Source: Patescibacteria group bacterium
Lineage (GTDB): Bacteria; Patescibacteriota; Microgenomatia; JAMCZE01
DNA: 64,000 nt
Direction of reading: 5' to 3'
NCBI GenBank assembly: GCA_023485845.1
Contig: JAMCZE010000001.1
Span: forward strand, 62,456 to 126,455
The position numbers were made by a program, and so were the translations under genes. Positions 18,922 through 28,976 of the stretch are shown one piece after another (position 1 is the stretch's first letter; each line of letters starts with the position of its first letter). The notes below the pieces were generated by a model. The model was not told the DNA's origin. It made no database searches and worked only from the letters and a program-made list of their open reading frames with translations.

Positions 18922-19982
18922 AAGTGGGGATTTTTAGTCCGTATTTTGCAACCACGATTGGTGGGGGAGAGCGCTATGTTCTCACCGTCGCCGAGTTTTT
19001 TCTTAAGCGTGGTGATCAAGTGGACATTTTTTGGACCGGCGACCACAATGTGGCCGACATAAAAGAGAAATTCAATCTGGATTTAGCCGGTGTCCATTTT
19101 CGGCCGGATGTTTTCTTTAATAAAACCAATCGTTTCAATAAGGTCGTTGTGACGGCTGCTTATGACTTAATGTTTTTCCTGTCTGATGGCAGCATTCCCC
19201 TAAGTTTTGCCAGGAAAAACATTCTCCACTTCCAGACACCGTTTCACTATGACAATCAACGGACGCTGACTAATAAACTTAAATTGGCCCGATTCCAGTC
19301 AGTGGTTTGTAATTCCGCATTTACAAAAAGTTTTATTGATAAAACGTATGGGATCAACAGCAAGATTCTTTATCCCCCGGTGGATGTGGCGAAATTTTCT
19401 GTTGGCAAAAAAGAAAAACTAATCGTCTCCGTTGGTCATATTTATGGTCATATTCGCCCCAAGTGCCAGGACATAATGATTAAAACTTTCACTGCCATGG
19501 TGAAAGAAAAAAAATTAGCTGGCTGGAAATTGGCTTTAATCGGATCGGTGCACAATGATTCCGAAGATGAGCTGGTGATGCTCAAGCGCTTGGCTAAAGG
19601 CTATCCGGTCGAGATTATCACCGATGGACCATTTCGGGTAGTTAAAGATTATCTTTCCCGGGCGGCCATTTATTGGCATGCGGCCGGTTTCGGGGTGGAC
19701 TTAGAAAAAGAACCCGAGAAAGCGGAACATTTCGGCATGTCCACTGTGGAAGCCATGGCCGCCGGTGCTGTGCCGGTGGTTTTTAACGGCGGCGGGCAGC
19801 GTGAGGTCGTAAATGACGGTGTTGACGGGTTCTTTTGGAACACAACCGACGAGTTGTGTGACCGGACACTTCAGCTGGTGAACAACCCTAAACGTTGCCA
19901 TGCTTTGGCCAAACAGGCTGAAGAAAAATCAAAGACCTTTAGTAAGGAGAAATTTTATGCCGCGCTTGAAAAAATTTTTTAA
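18918..19982 (+). CDS. GT4 (GT-B fold) glycosyltransferase
   Basis: GGAG 4 nt upstream. C-terminal EHFGMSTVEAMAAGAVPVV..GG (E-x7-E region of Glycos_transf_1). Confidence 0.8.
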   Translation: MKVGIFSPYFATTIGGGERYVLTVAEFFLKRGDQVDIFWTGDHNVADIKEKFNLDLAGVHFRPDVFFNKTNRFNKVVVTAAYDLMFFLSDGSIPLSFARKNILHFQTPFHYDNQRTLTNKLKLARFQSVVCNSAFTKSFIDKTYGINSKILYPPVDVAKFSVGKKEKLIVSVGHIYGHIRPKCQDIMIKTFTAMVKEKKLAGWKLALIGSVHNDSEDELVMLKRLAKGYPVEIITDGPFRVVKDYLSRAAIYWHAAGFGVDLEKEPEKAEHFGMSTVEAMAAGAVPVVFNGGGQREVVNDGVDGFFWNTTDELCDRTLQLVNNPKRCHALAKQAEEKSKTFSKEKFYAALEKIF

Positions 19983-22104
19983 ATTTTTTCCGCTGATTTT
20001 TCTGGTCGCGTTCGTTATCATTGTTTTTCGCCAGTTTTTCTTTTCCGGACAATTGCCAATCCCGGCGGACACCATCGTTGGTCTCTATCATCCTTGGCGT
20101 GATGCTCTGGCCGGTCAGTACCCTAATGGGCTGCCCTTTAAGAATTTCCTAATTACTGATCCGGTTCGCCAGACTTACCCCTGGCGGCAGTTGGCCATGT
20201 CCGTTCTTAAAAGTGGGCAGGTGCCCTGGTGGAATCCCTACTCGTTTTCCGGGGCCCCATTGTTAGCTAACTTACAGTCGGCAGTTTTTTATCCCCTAAA
20301 CCTGCTTTACATTTTTGATAATTTTCCCTTGGTTTGGTCCTGGCAGATTGTCTTCCAAGTTATCCTCGGTGGGCTGTTCATGTGGCTTTATCTGCGTCAC
20401 TTTCGGCTTCACCTTTTTGCCCAAGCCCTGGGGGTTCTAACCTGGGTGGGCAGCGGATTTTGGCTGTCCTGGTTGGAGTGGAACACCCTGGTTCAAGCCG
20501 TTCTTTGGTTACCGTTGTTGTTGTTATGTGTGGAGAAGTTAAATTTTAAATATGGATTAATTTTTGTTTTTGCTCTGACGGCCAGTTTTTTGGCCGGTCA
20601 CCTGCAAACCTTTGCTTACGTGTTCTCTGTTGTTTCTTTATACATCATGGTGCGCCGGCCGCGTCTTATTGCCAGGTTCTTGCTTCTTTATCTGTTATTT
20701 TTTGCTATAACTGCCCCGGTGTGGTGGCCGGCCTTTGGTTTTATCCAACAATCAGCCCGCAGTGCCGACCAGTCGGCAGTTGGCCGGGTCGATTGGTTTT
20801 TGCCTTGGCAGAACCTGGCCCAATTTGTTGCCCCGGATTTTTTTGGCAACCCGGCAACGCTAAATTATTTTGGGGTTTGGAACTACCAGGAGTTTATCGG
20901 CTATACCGGCATCGCTGGTTTGGTCTTTTCGTTGCTTGCCGTTTTCTTTCGACGGGATAAGAAAACACTTTTCTGGGGGACCTTGGCAGTTCTTTGTCTG
21001 GCGTTGGCCTTGCCGACACCATTGGCAAAGATTATGCCCCAACCGGCTCAACCAACCAGATTGTTGTCGATTATTGATTTTTGTCTGGCCATGTTGGCAG
21101 CCTTAGGGTTGGATCTCTATCTGCACCGGTCGCGAAGAATTTTCTGGTTGGTCCCGATTACAGTTTTAATGATAGTCCTGGTTCTTTTTGTTGTTGCCGC
21201 AAAACTTTCTTTAGCGGTAAGTTTACATAATCTCTATCTGCCGATTGCTCTGGCGGCAATGACATTAGTCTTGTTCATTAACAGGAAACTTGCCATCTTG
21301 ATTTTGCTTTTGGCCCTCTTTGACCTGTCACGCTTTTTTATTAAATTTGAATCCTTTTCTAATCCCACTTGGCTTTTTCCCCAAACGAAAGTGGTGTCTT
21401 TTTTGCAAGATCAAACAAGGAAAGACACTTTTCGCATTGCCGCCACGGACGACCGGATTTTCCCCCCAAACTTTTCGGTTGATTATAAACTTCAGATGGT
21501 CTCCGGCTATGACCCGCTATATTTGTTGCGTTATGGGGAATTTGTTGCCGCCATGGAGCGGGGGAAGCCGGACATTTCTGCCCCACTAGGTTTCAACCGA
21601 ATTATCACGCCGAAAAATTATCGTAGCAAACTCTTTAATTTGCTCAATGTTAAATATTTGTTATCGCTTGACCCGGTTGCTGATCCTCAATATCAGTTAG
21701 TTTTCCAGGAGAGGGAAACAAAAGTTTATGAGAACAAGGCAGTTTTGCCTCGGGCGTTTTTCGTGGCGCAGGTGGTTAGTTCATCTGGTGAGCAGGACAC
21801 CATTAATAGAATGTTTGCCGCTGATTTTGATCCGGCTAACACGGCCGTTGTTCAGAACCAAAGTTTTTTTTCTCATCCCGGTCAGGCGCAGATAAAAATT
21901 TATAACGAAAATTCGGTGGTAGTGGAGACCAGCAACACTGATGCCGGCTTTCTGGTGTTAACGGACAACTTCTATCCTGGTTGGCAAGCAACTATTGATG
22001 GACAAAAAACCACAATCTATTTAACCGATTTTGCTTTCCGGGGGGTCGTGGTTCCCGCTGGCCAACACGTCGTGCGCTTTTATCTATATAATAGTGTTCT
22101 ATGA
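19957..22104 (+). CDS. YfhO-family GT-C membrane glycosyltransferase
   Basis: AGGAGA RBS 6 nt upstream of ATG 19957 (track start 19900 rejected). DPVRQTYPW..WNPYSFSGAPLLANLQSAVFYPLN motif; C-terminal ..VVVPAGQHVVRFYLY. Confidence 0.7.
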   Translation: MPRLKKFFKFFPLIFLVAFVIIVFRQFFFSGQLPIPADTIVGLYHPWRDALAGQYPNGLPFKNFLITDPVRQTYPWRQLAMSVLKSGQVPWWNPYSFSGAPLLANLQSAVFYPLNLLYIFDNFPLVWSWQIVFQVILGGLFMWLYLRHFRLHLFAQALGVLTWVGSGFWLSWLEWNTLVQAVLWLPLLLLCVEKLNFKYGLIFVFALTASFLAGHLQTFAYVFSVVSLYIMVRRPRLIARFLLLYLLFFAITAPVWWPAFGFIQQSARSADQSAVGRVDWFLPWQNLAQFVAPDFFGNPATLNYFGVWNYQEFIGYTGIAGLVFSLLAVFFRRDKKTLFWGTLAVLCLALALPTPLAKIMPQPAQPTRLLSIIDFCLAMLAALGLDLYLHRSRRIFWLVPITVLMIVLVLFVVAAKLSLAVSLHNLYLPIALAAMTLVLFINRKLAILILLLALFDLSRFFIKFESFSNPTWLFPQTKVVSFLQDQTRKDTFRIAATDDRIFPPNFSVDYKLQMVSGYDPLYLLRYGEFVAAMERGKPDISAPLGFNRIITPKNYRSKLFNLLNVKYLLSLDPVADPQYQLVFQERETKVYENKAVLPRAFFVAQVVSSSGEQDTINRMFAADFDPANTAVVQNQSFFSHPGQAQIKIYNENSVVVETSNTDAGFLVLTDNFYPGWQATIDGQKTTIYLTDFAFRGVVVPAGQHVVRFYLYNSVL

Positions 22105-24181
22105 GCAGGAAAGTTGGTGTTCTTTTAATTTTGGTCACTTTTCTCGGGGCGTTGCTGCGATTTCGCGACATCACCATTAACCCGCCGAACATTAACACTG
22201 ACGAGGCGGCTATCGGCTACAATGCTTATTCAATTTTAAAAACCGGCCGTGATGAATATGGCCAGCCCTTCCCGTTAGCCTTTCGATCCTTTGATGACTA
22301 TAAACCGCCGCTCTACATTTATATGACCGTTCCGTCAGTGGCAGTTTTTGGCCTTAATGAATTTGCCGTTCGATTCCCCTCGGCTCTGCTAGGCATTCTT
22401 GCTATCCCCATCGTCTTTTTCCTAACTAGGGAGTTACTGGACAACCTGCCTGCCAGCAGGCAGATTGGGTTACTGTCTTCATTTTTGTTGGCGATTTCTC
22501 CCTGGCACATCCAGTTTACCCGAACGGCTTATGAAACCGGAAGCAATGCTTTTTTCACAGGGCTTGGTCTGCTGCTTTTTTTGAAGGGTTTAAAAAACAA
22601 GTGGTTTTTGGTTGGGGCGGGCATCGTTTTTGGCCTGCAAACTTATCTCTATCAGGCCAGCAAAGTTTTTGTTCCGATGCTTATTCAATTTTAAAAACCG
22701 GCCGTGATGAATATGGCCAGCCCTTCCCGTTAGCCTTTCGATCCTTTGATGACTATAAACCGCCGCTCTACATTTATATGACCGTTCCGTCAGTGGCAGT
22801 TTTTGGCCTTAATGAATTTGCCGTTCGATTCCCCTCGGCTCTGCTAGGCATTCTTGCTATCCCCATCGTCTTTTTCCTAACTAGGGAGTTACTGGACAAC
22901 CTGCCTGCCAGCAGGCAGATTGGGTTACTGTCTTCATTTTTGTTGGCGATTTCTCCCTGGCACATCCAGTTTACCCGAACGGCTTATGAAACCGGAAGCA
23001 ATGCTTTTTTCACAGGGCTTGGTCTGCTGCTTTTTTTGAAGGGTTTAAAAAACAAGTGGTTTTTGGTTGGGGCGGGCATCGTTTTTGGCCTGCAAACTTA
23101 TCTCTATCAGGCCAGCAAAGTTTTTGTTCCGATGCTGCTGGCCTGCCTGCTGGTAATTTTCTTTCGCCGGGTGCCCTGGCGGCAATTTATCTGGTTGGCG
23201 TTGCCCCTTGGTCTTCTTCTAATCCCGGTGGTCATAACCACTCTTTCACCAACCGGAATTCTTCGGGTTCAGGGAACCAGCATTTTCCAGGACCCCAAAC
23301 CACTAGAGCGCTATGGGGCCCTGGTGAAGACCGATTGGCTGAGAAATGATAATAAATCGGTGCTGTTGTTTCATCCGAAAGTGTTGACATACTTCCAGGA
23401 CATTTTGGCTGGCTATCTGTCCCATTTCCGGCCGGATTTTTTCTTAGTTAGCAACGGCGATCCAAAAGTAACCTACGTTCCCCAGGTGGGCCTGATGAAC
23501 TTGTGGGTCTACCCGTTTTTCCTGGCCGGTTTTTATTTCCTATTTAAAAGGCGTGATAAAACGGCCGCGGCAGTGCTTGTTTCCTGGTTCTTAATTGCCC
23601 CGATTCCGGCAGCGGTTACTATTGGGTTGCCTAATTCTGTCCGCAGTGCGGTTTTTTTGCCCGATTTGCAGATTATTGCGGCCTATGGTTTGTTTAGTCT
23701 TTTCCCCAAGCTGGCGGGGATTTTAAAAACTGCTTTATTTCTTGCGGCAGTTTATCTGTTTGCTTTTTATGTCCATATGCTCTTTGTTCATGCCCCTGTT
23801 GCTTCCGCCCAGCAATGGTATTACGGCTATAAACAGATGGTGGAACAAACGCTTGAACTTCAAAAAGATTATAAGCAAGTTTACGTTTCCACCGATCTGG
23901 ACCAGCCGCAGATTTTTTATCTTTTCTATCTTAAATATGACCCCCAACATTATCTTAATGTTGACGGCGGCACCAAGGGTGGAGGGTTTGATGAACAAGG
24001 GAATCGCTTTGCTAATTATTACTTTCGCTCTTTGGATTTTGGGCAAAATCGCTCAAACTTCGATATTCTTTTCGTTGGCCCGCCAAAGGAATTTCCCACC
24101 ACGGTTAAGCCAATAAAGATTTTGTATGATCCCGACGGTCAGCCCTTTGTCTATTTTGTCAAACCCAGCTTGCCGACATAA
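22101..24181 (+). pseudogene. PMT/ArnT-like GT-C gene split by an internal 455-bp tandem duplication (ORFs 22101..22694 and 22601..24181)
   Basis: The N-terminal ORF carries the TDEAAIGYNAYSILKTG DE motif and stops at LIQF* just inside the second repeat copy. The second ORF resumes in another frame. Removing one 455-bp copy restores a single ~541-aa ORF closely similar to 30402..31883. Confidence 0.6.
22222..23136. repeat. Perfect tandem duplication, 455-bp unit x2, junction microhomology ATGCT
   Basis: 22222..22681 equals 22677..23136 base for base as far as checked. Both strands yield identical shadow ORFs (22319..22510 and 22774..22965). Unit length is not a multiple of 3. Confidence 0.85.
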
Positions 24182-25650
24182 TGAAAAAGTTTTTACTGCC
24201 CGCCACGTTTATCTTAATCATTGTCCTGGCATTCTTTCTTCGGTTTTACCACTTGACTCTTGACCCGCCCCATCTTTATTGGGACGAAGCCTCGATTGCC
24301 TATAATGCCTACTCAATTAACCAGACGGAAAAGGATGAGTGGGGAGCAGCCGCCCCGGTGCTTTTTAAGGCCTTCGGGGAATACAAATTTCCGGCCTATA
24401 TCTATCTCACAGCGGCGTCGCAGCGGCTTTTCGGCCTCACCGATTTTGCTGTCCGTTTCCCCTCTGCCATCGCCGGGGTCTTAATAGTTGTCGTGGTGTT
24501 TTTTCTCACCAAAGAACTATTTGGTAATTTGATCACGGCCTTATTGTCTTCATTTTTTGTAGCGGTTTCTCCCTGGGCACTGCAATTTTCCCGGGCCGGC
24601 TTTGAAGCAAACCTGGCCGTCCTTCTCATCGTCTCCGGAATCTATTTTTTCCTGCGCAAGGCCTATCTTATTTCCTTGATGCTAATCGCCGCCGCTCTCT
24701 ACACTTATCAGGCTGCCTTTGTTAGTGTTCCTTTGGTTTTGCTGTTGCTAATTATCTCTTTTTCTCACACAAAAAGATTAATCCTGCCGTTAATTGTCTT
24801 TGCCGTTGTTTTGCTGCCGCTGGCGAATGCCTATCTTTTCTCTGGCGGTCGTGCCCGGGCGGCCAGTGAAAACTTTTTAAATATGGCCGGCAATCCGGTG
24901 ACAAATCTCACCAATAATTACGTGGCAAATTTTTCCCTGGATTATCTTTTCTTCCATGGGGATCAGGACGGCCGCCACTCGGTGAAAAAAATCGGCGAGT
25001 TATATCTTTGGCAGCTGCCGTTAATTTTGGCCGGCTGCTATGTTCTTCTTCGCCGGCCATCCAAAGCAGGAGCGCTGGTTTTTGGGTTGATCTTGGCCGG
25101 CAGTTTGCCCCCGGCTTTGACCACTGTTTCTCCCCATGCCCTGCGCGGGCTGCTGGCAATGGTCGGCTGGCAGCTTTTGTCTGCCAGCGGCGCGGTTTGG
25201 CTATTGGCAAAAACGCCGAAGTTCTGGCGCCTTTTAGCTATTGCGGTGATTGGATATGCCCTGATTATTTATCTAAATCTCTATTGGGTTAATTACCCAG
25301 CAGCCTACGCGGCTGACTGGCAAGATGGCCAGCGCCAGACTGTGGAATACTTGAAGCGGGTGGAAGGAAATTATAGCGAAATCTTAGTTAGTCAAGACCT
25401 AAATCCGATTTATATTTTTCTCTATTGGCCCGTTGACCCAAGGGTTGTTCAGGACAGCGGTCACAACGAACAGACTTTTTTGAAGTTTCATTATGTTGAT
25501 CTTGGTGGAGGGTTTGACCCGGTTAAACAATATGCCGGCAGAAAAGTTTTGGTGGTGACGCCGGGGTGGTATAACAATGAGTCTTGGACCATTTTACGAG
25601 CGATAAAGTCTGCCAGTGGAGACTATGTCTTTCGAATTTATGAATTTTGA
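24181..25650 (+). CDS. GT-C glycosyltransferase, PMT/ArnT-like
   Basis: LYWDEASIAYNAYSI DE motif after the first TM. 489 aa polytopic. TAATG overlap. Confidence 0.7.
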   Translation: MKKFLLPATFILIIVLAFFLRFYHLTLDPPHLYWDEASIAYNAYSINQTEKDEWGAAAPVLFKAFGEYKFPAYIYLTAASQRLFGLTDFAVRFPSAIAGVLIVVVVFFLTKELFGNLITALLSSFFVAVSPWALQFSRAGFEANLAVLLIVSGIYFFLRKAYLISLMLIAAALYTYQAAFVSVPLVLLLLIISFSHTKRLILPLIVFAVVLLPLANAYLFSGGRARAASENFLNMAGNPVTNLTNNYVANFSLDYLFFHGDQDGRHSVKKIGELYLWQLPLILAGCYVLLRRPSKAGALVFGLILAGSLPPALTTVSPHALRGLLAMVGWQLLSASGAVWLLAKTPKFWRLLAIAVIGYALIIYLNLYWVNYPAAYAADWQDGQRQTVEYLKRVEGNYSEILVSQDLNPIYIFLYWPVDPRVVQDSGHNEQTFLKFHYVDLGGGFDPVKQYAGRKVLVVTPGWYNNESWTILRAIKSASGDYVFRIYEF

Positions 25651-26068
25651 TTTTGCATGTAACATCGGACACATTCAACTTGATGTTCCCCATCAGGTTT
25701 GGGAAGCTGTGGTGGCCGGAGGCAATGTCGACCCTTTGATTTCCCGGTTTTTACACTCCACGCCGTCTTTCTATGCTAATAATCTTCTTCGTTGCTATCT
25801 TTCCTATTTTTCCCCGGACTTTCTAACCCAAGCGTTCACTCTTGTTGGCCTGATTCTTTTCGGCCTGGGGTTATGGCACCTGGTGATCAATAATCACTGG
25901 AAACTTCTCGCTCTCGTTCTTCTCGCCCCGCTCTCACCACTTTTCAATATCCCCCAAAGCGGACTATATCAAGGCGCCATTCTCTATTTTACTCTCGTCC
26001 TAGTGATACTTTTCGGGATTTATAATTTATTTGTATGGTTAGTAAAGATAAAATCCTCCTGGTGGTAG
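25640..26068 (+). CDS. Hypothetical small membrane protein (3 TM)
   Basis: ORF bridging two GT-C genes, with hydrophobic segments. The start could be 25616 or 25640. No recognisable motif. Confidence 0.35.
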   Translation: MNFDFACNIGHIQLDVPHQVWEAVVAGGNVDPLISRFLHSTPSFYANNLLRCYLSYFSPDFLTQAFTLVGLILFGLGLWHLVINNHWKLLALVLLAPLSPLFNIPQSGLYQGAILYFTLVLVILFGIYNLFVWLVKIKSSWW

Positions 26069-27627
26069 TTGTTTTTTTGGCGTTTGTTTTGCGGTTCTAC
26101 CAGTTGGGGAGTAATCCGCCAAGTTTATATTGGGATGAAGCGTCACTAGGTTATAACGCCTTTTCTATTGCCACCACCCTGCGTGATGAGCACGGCGAGT
26201 TTTTACCCTTAACCCGCTTTATTGCCTTTGGTGATTATAAAGCGCCCGGCTACATTTATGCAGCCGCTGCCGCCGTCAAACTTTTCGGCCTTTCCGAGTT
26301 AACCGTCCGTTTGTCTTCCGCTCTGGCCGGCACCTTATTGGTTTTAGTGACCTATTTTTTAGTTAAGGAGTTAATTAATGATAAGCAGATAGCTTTAATT
26401 TCTTCGTTTTTGGTCGCCATTTCACCGTGGTCATTGCAATTGAGCCGGGGAGCTTTCGAGGCTAATCTCGCTACCCTTTTCTCCACCGCTGGCGTTTGGT
26501 TTTTTCTTATTGCTCTTCGCCGTAAATCAGCTATCAGCTATCAGCTATCAGCTATCAGCTTCATCTTGTCAATGTACACCTTCAATTCTCACCGGATCTT
26601 CGTGCCGCTGATGATTGGAGCACTACTACTAATTTTTTCCCGTCGTCTCTGGATGCAGAAAAAACATGTTGGCCTGTTTCTTGTATCTTGTTTCTTGTTT
26701 CTTGTTCCCTTGTTATTGTATGCCCGGACCCGAGAAGCCCAGCTGCGTTTTAATGAGGTCAGTTGGCTTAATGATTCTGCCCCGATTGAGTTGTCTAACC
26801 AACGGATCGCTTATGATCATGATGTCTGGTGGGCAAAAATTATTCATAACCGCCGGGTGGTCTACAGCCTGGAGTTTCTCAAACACTACACTGACGCTTT
26901 TAGCACCGACTTCCTATTTATAAAGGGTGACGTTAATGAGCGGTTGTCTATCCAAACCATGGGCGAGCTATATTTAATTGATCTGCCGTTTTTGTTGGCT
27001 GGCCTTTATCTGTTGGTTCGGCGCCCCAATAAATCGACGGCCGTCATCTTGGCCTGGGCATTATTGGCACCAATTCCGGCGGCCATGGCTCGGGAAACGC
27101 CCCACGCGCTGCGGACACTTAATCTTTTGCCGATTCCCCAGATTATCACCGCCATCGGAGTGGCGTGGTCTATCAAGAAATTTCCTAAATTCCTTATCCC
27201 CCTGACCCTCCTAATCTCCCTTAGTGTCTTATTTTATCTTCACAGTTATTATATTGATTATCCGAAAAAATATGATCTGGCTTGGCAGTATGGTTATAAA
27301 CAATTGGTCAGCTATGTGGCGGCGCATGAGAATAACTACGATCATATTAGTGTCACCGAGACCTATGGCCGGCCTTATATTTATTTTCTCTTCTACGAGC
27401 AATACCCCCTGGAGAAATACTTGCAGACAGTGAGCACAGACCGGGATTGGTATGGCTTTTGGTATGTCCACGGCTTTGATAAACTGGTTTTTGGAGACAC
27501 AGCGCCGGGGCAGGGGAGCACGCTTTTTGTCCGCGGGCCGGACGAAGCTCCGGCGGGCGCAAAATTGGTCGATACAATTGATGATTTGAATCATAAACCT
27601 GTCTTTTTGTTATGGGCATCGCGTTAG
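26035..27627 (+). CDS. GT-C glycosyltransferase, PMT/ArnT-like
   Basis: LYWDEASLGYNAFSIA motif; 530 aa. Contains (ATCAGCT)5 and a (GTTTCTT)n tract in frame. Confidence 0.7.
   Translation: MVSKDKILLVVVVFLAFVLRFYQLGSNPPSLYWDEASLGYNAFSIATTLRDEHGEFLPLTRFIAFGDYKAPGYIYAAAAAVKLFGLSELTVRLSSALAGTLLVLVTYFLVKELINDKQIALISSFLVAISPWSLQLSRGAFEANLATLFSTAGVWFFLIALRRKSAISYQLSAISFILSMYTFNSHRIFVPLMIGALLLIFSRRLWMQKKHVGLFLVSCFLFLVPLLLYARTREAQLRFNEVSWLNDSAPIELSNQRIAYDHDVWWAKIIHNRRVVYSLEFLKHYTDAFSTDFLFIKGDVNERLSIQTMGELYLIDLPFLLAGLYLLVRRPNKSTAVILAWALLAPIPAAMARETPHALRTLNLLPIPQIITAIGVAWSIKKFPKFLIPLTLLISLSVLFYLHSYYIDYPKKYDLAWQYGYKQLVSYVAAHENNYDHISVTETYGRPYIYFLFYEQYPLEKYLQTVSTDRDWYGFWYVHGFDKLVFGDTAPGQGSTLFVRGPDEAPAGAKLVDTIDDLNHKPVFLLWASR
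26526..26560. repeat. Perfect heptanucleotide repeat (ATCAGCT)5 inside CDS
   Basis: 35 bp, 5 exact copies, read directly. Encodes ..SAISYQLSAIS..; a one-unit change shifts the frame. Confidence 0.9.
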
Positions 27628-28976
27628 TAATCAGTTTTGTGTTTTACACCCTACTTTCCTGGGCGATTTTATTTCGTGATGCCTGGACGTTAGAAGTGTT
27701 ACGAACAAAGTTTTACCCCGGACAAGCAGCTTTAATCAACCAGATTGAACTATTCCTTCAGCCATTAAAACTGAACACTATTCCTACCCTATTATTTGCT
27801 GTTTTTGCCATTTTTGCGTTTATTGTTTACTTTTTGGCCCTGCGAAAACGAATAGCAGCCTCGAAAATCTTGATTTTCTCTTTGCTTTTCCAAATTATCG
27901 TCTTTTTCTCTTATCCCATCCTTTCCACTGACGTTTTGAGTTACATCCTCTCGGATCGGATCGCCGTGGTTTATCATCAGAGCGTCTGGACCACTAAACC
28001 GAATGTTTTTAACCACGACCCCTACTATTATTTGGTTTATCCCATTTATGCCGCTTCTGATTGGACAAACCAGACTCGGATCTACGGCCCGGTCAATCAG
28101 GTGATCTACTCGGCCGTGACCGCGATCTCCGGGAATGATTTTCTGACTAATCTAGCGGCGCATAAGTTAGTGGTGTTGGTTTTTAATCTGCTGACAATGG
28201 CCCTGGTCTATAAGATTTTGAAGGAGCATTTCCCTGATAAATTAAATTTTAGCCTGGTGTTGCTTTTTTGGAACCCGTTATTTATTTTGGAAACAGTCGG
28301 TTCCGGCCACAACGACATCTTGATGGTTTTCTTTATGTTGCTCTCCTATCTTTTCTATCTTGGAAAGAAGCCAATTTTGGTGGCGCTGGCACTGGCACTG
28401 GCCGTTAATGTCAAGTCCACCGCCTTGCTCTTGGCCACGTTTTACACTGTAGTCTTTCCTCTAACATTTTTTGCGCCCTTTTGCGCCTTTGCATTTGCTG
28501 GATTTTTGACAATGGGAGTGAGTTTGTCGGCCTTTATCAGGCGGACGGCTTTTAGCACCACCCTTTATTGGCAATCCCTGCCGCAACAAGTGGCAAGGGT
28601 CTTGCCTTTTGGCACGCGCGTTCTCACGCCGGTCTTTTTGGTTATTTACGCTTTTCAGTGTCTGCGCGGCTGGCTGACCCGGCGCGATCCGTTAGTTTTG
28701 TATGGCCAGGCAATTCTTTTTTATCTTCTTTTTGCCCTGGGGGCCTATTGGAATTGGTATAGTCTTTGGGTCCTGACCGCATTTGCCTTCTTGGGGCGGG
28801 GACTTTGGAGCCGGATCGCAGCCGCTTTCACTTTCACTTCAGCCCTTGCCTATCCGCTCTATTGGCTCTCATTGCGATTTAACTACCAACATCCCCTCTG
28901 GCCCGTGATAATATATTTAGTGATTGCCGGGGGACCGGTGGGGGTTTTTCTCTATGATAAAGTTAAAGCGCGCTGA
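27612..28976 (+). CDS. Polytopic membrane protein, DUF2029/GT87-like GT-C
   Basis: STDVLSYILSDRI..NHDPYYYLVYP..IYGP loop motifs are shared with 1444..2496. About 10 TM. Confidence 0.55.
   Translation: MGIALVISFVFYTLLSWAILFRDAWTLEVLRTKFYPGQAALINQIELFLQPLKLNTIPTLLFAVFAIFAFIVYFLALRKRIAASKILIFSLLFQIIVFFSYPILSTDVLSYILSDRIAVVYHQSVWTTKPNVFNHDPYYYLVYPIYAASDWTNQTRIYGPVNQVIYSAVTAISGNDFLTNLAAHKLVVLVFNLLTMALVYKILKEHFPDKLNFSLVLLFWNPLFILETVGSGHNDILMVFFMLLSYLFYLGKKPILVALALALAVNVKSTALLLATFYTVVFPLTFFAPFCAFAFAGFLTMGVSLSAFIRRTAFSTTLYWQSLPQQVARVLPFGTRVLTPVFLVIYAFQCLRGWLTRRDPLVLYGQAILFYLLFALGAYWNWYSLWVLTAFAFLGRGLWSRIAAAFTFTSALAYPLYWLSLRFNYQHPLWPVIIYLVIAGGPVGVFLYDKVKAR

Noticed and set aside
22319-22965. Two identical 63-aa minus-strand ORFs (22319..22510 and 22774..22965)
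   Set aside because: They are shadows of the 455-bp tandem duplication on the non-coding strand, not genes.
22222-23136. 455-bp direct repeat as a possible IS element or MITE
   Set aside because: It has no terminal inverted repeats and no transposase. The repeat is simply an internal segment of the GT-C coding sequence duplicated in tandem.
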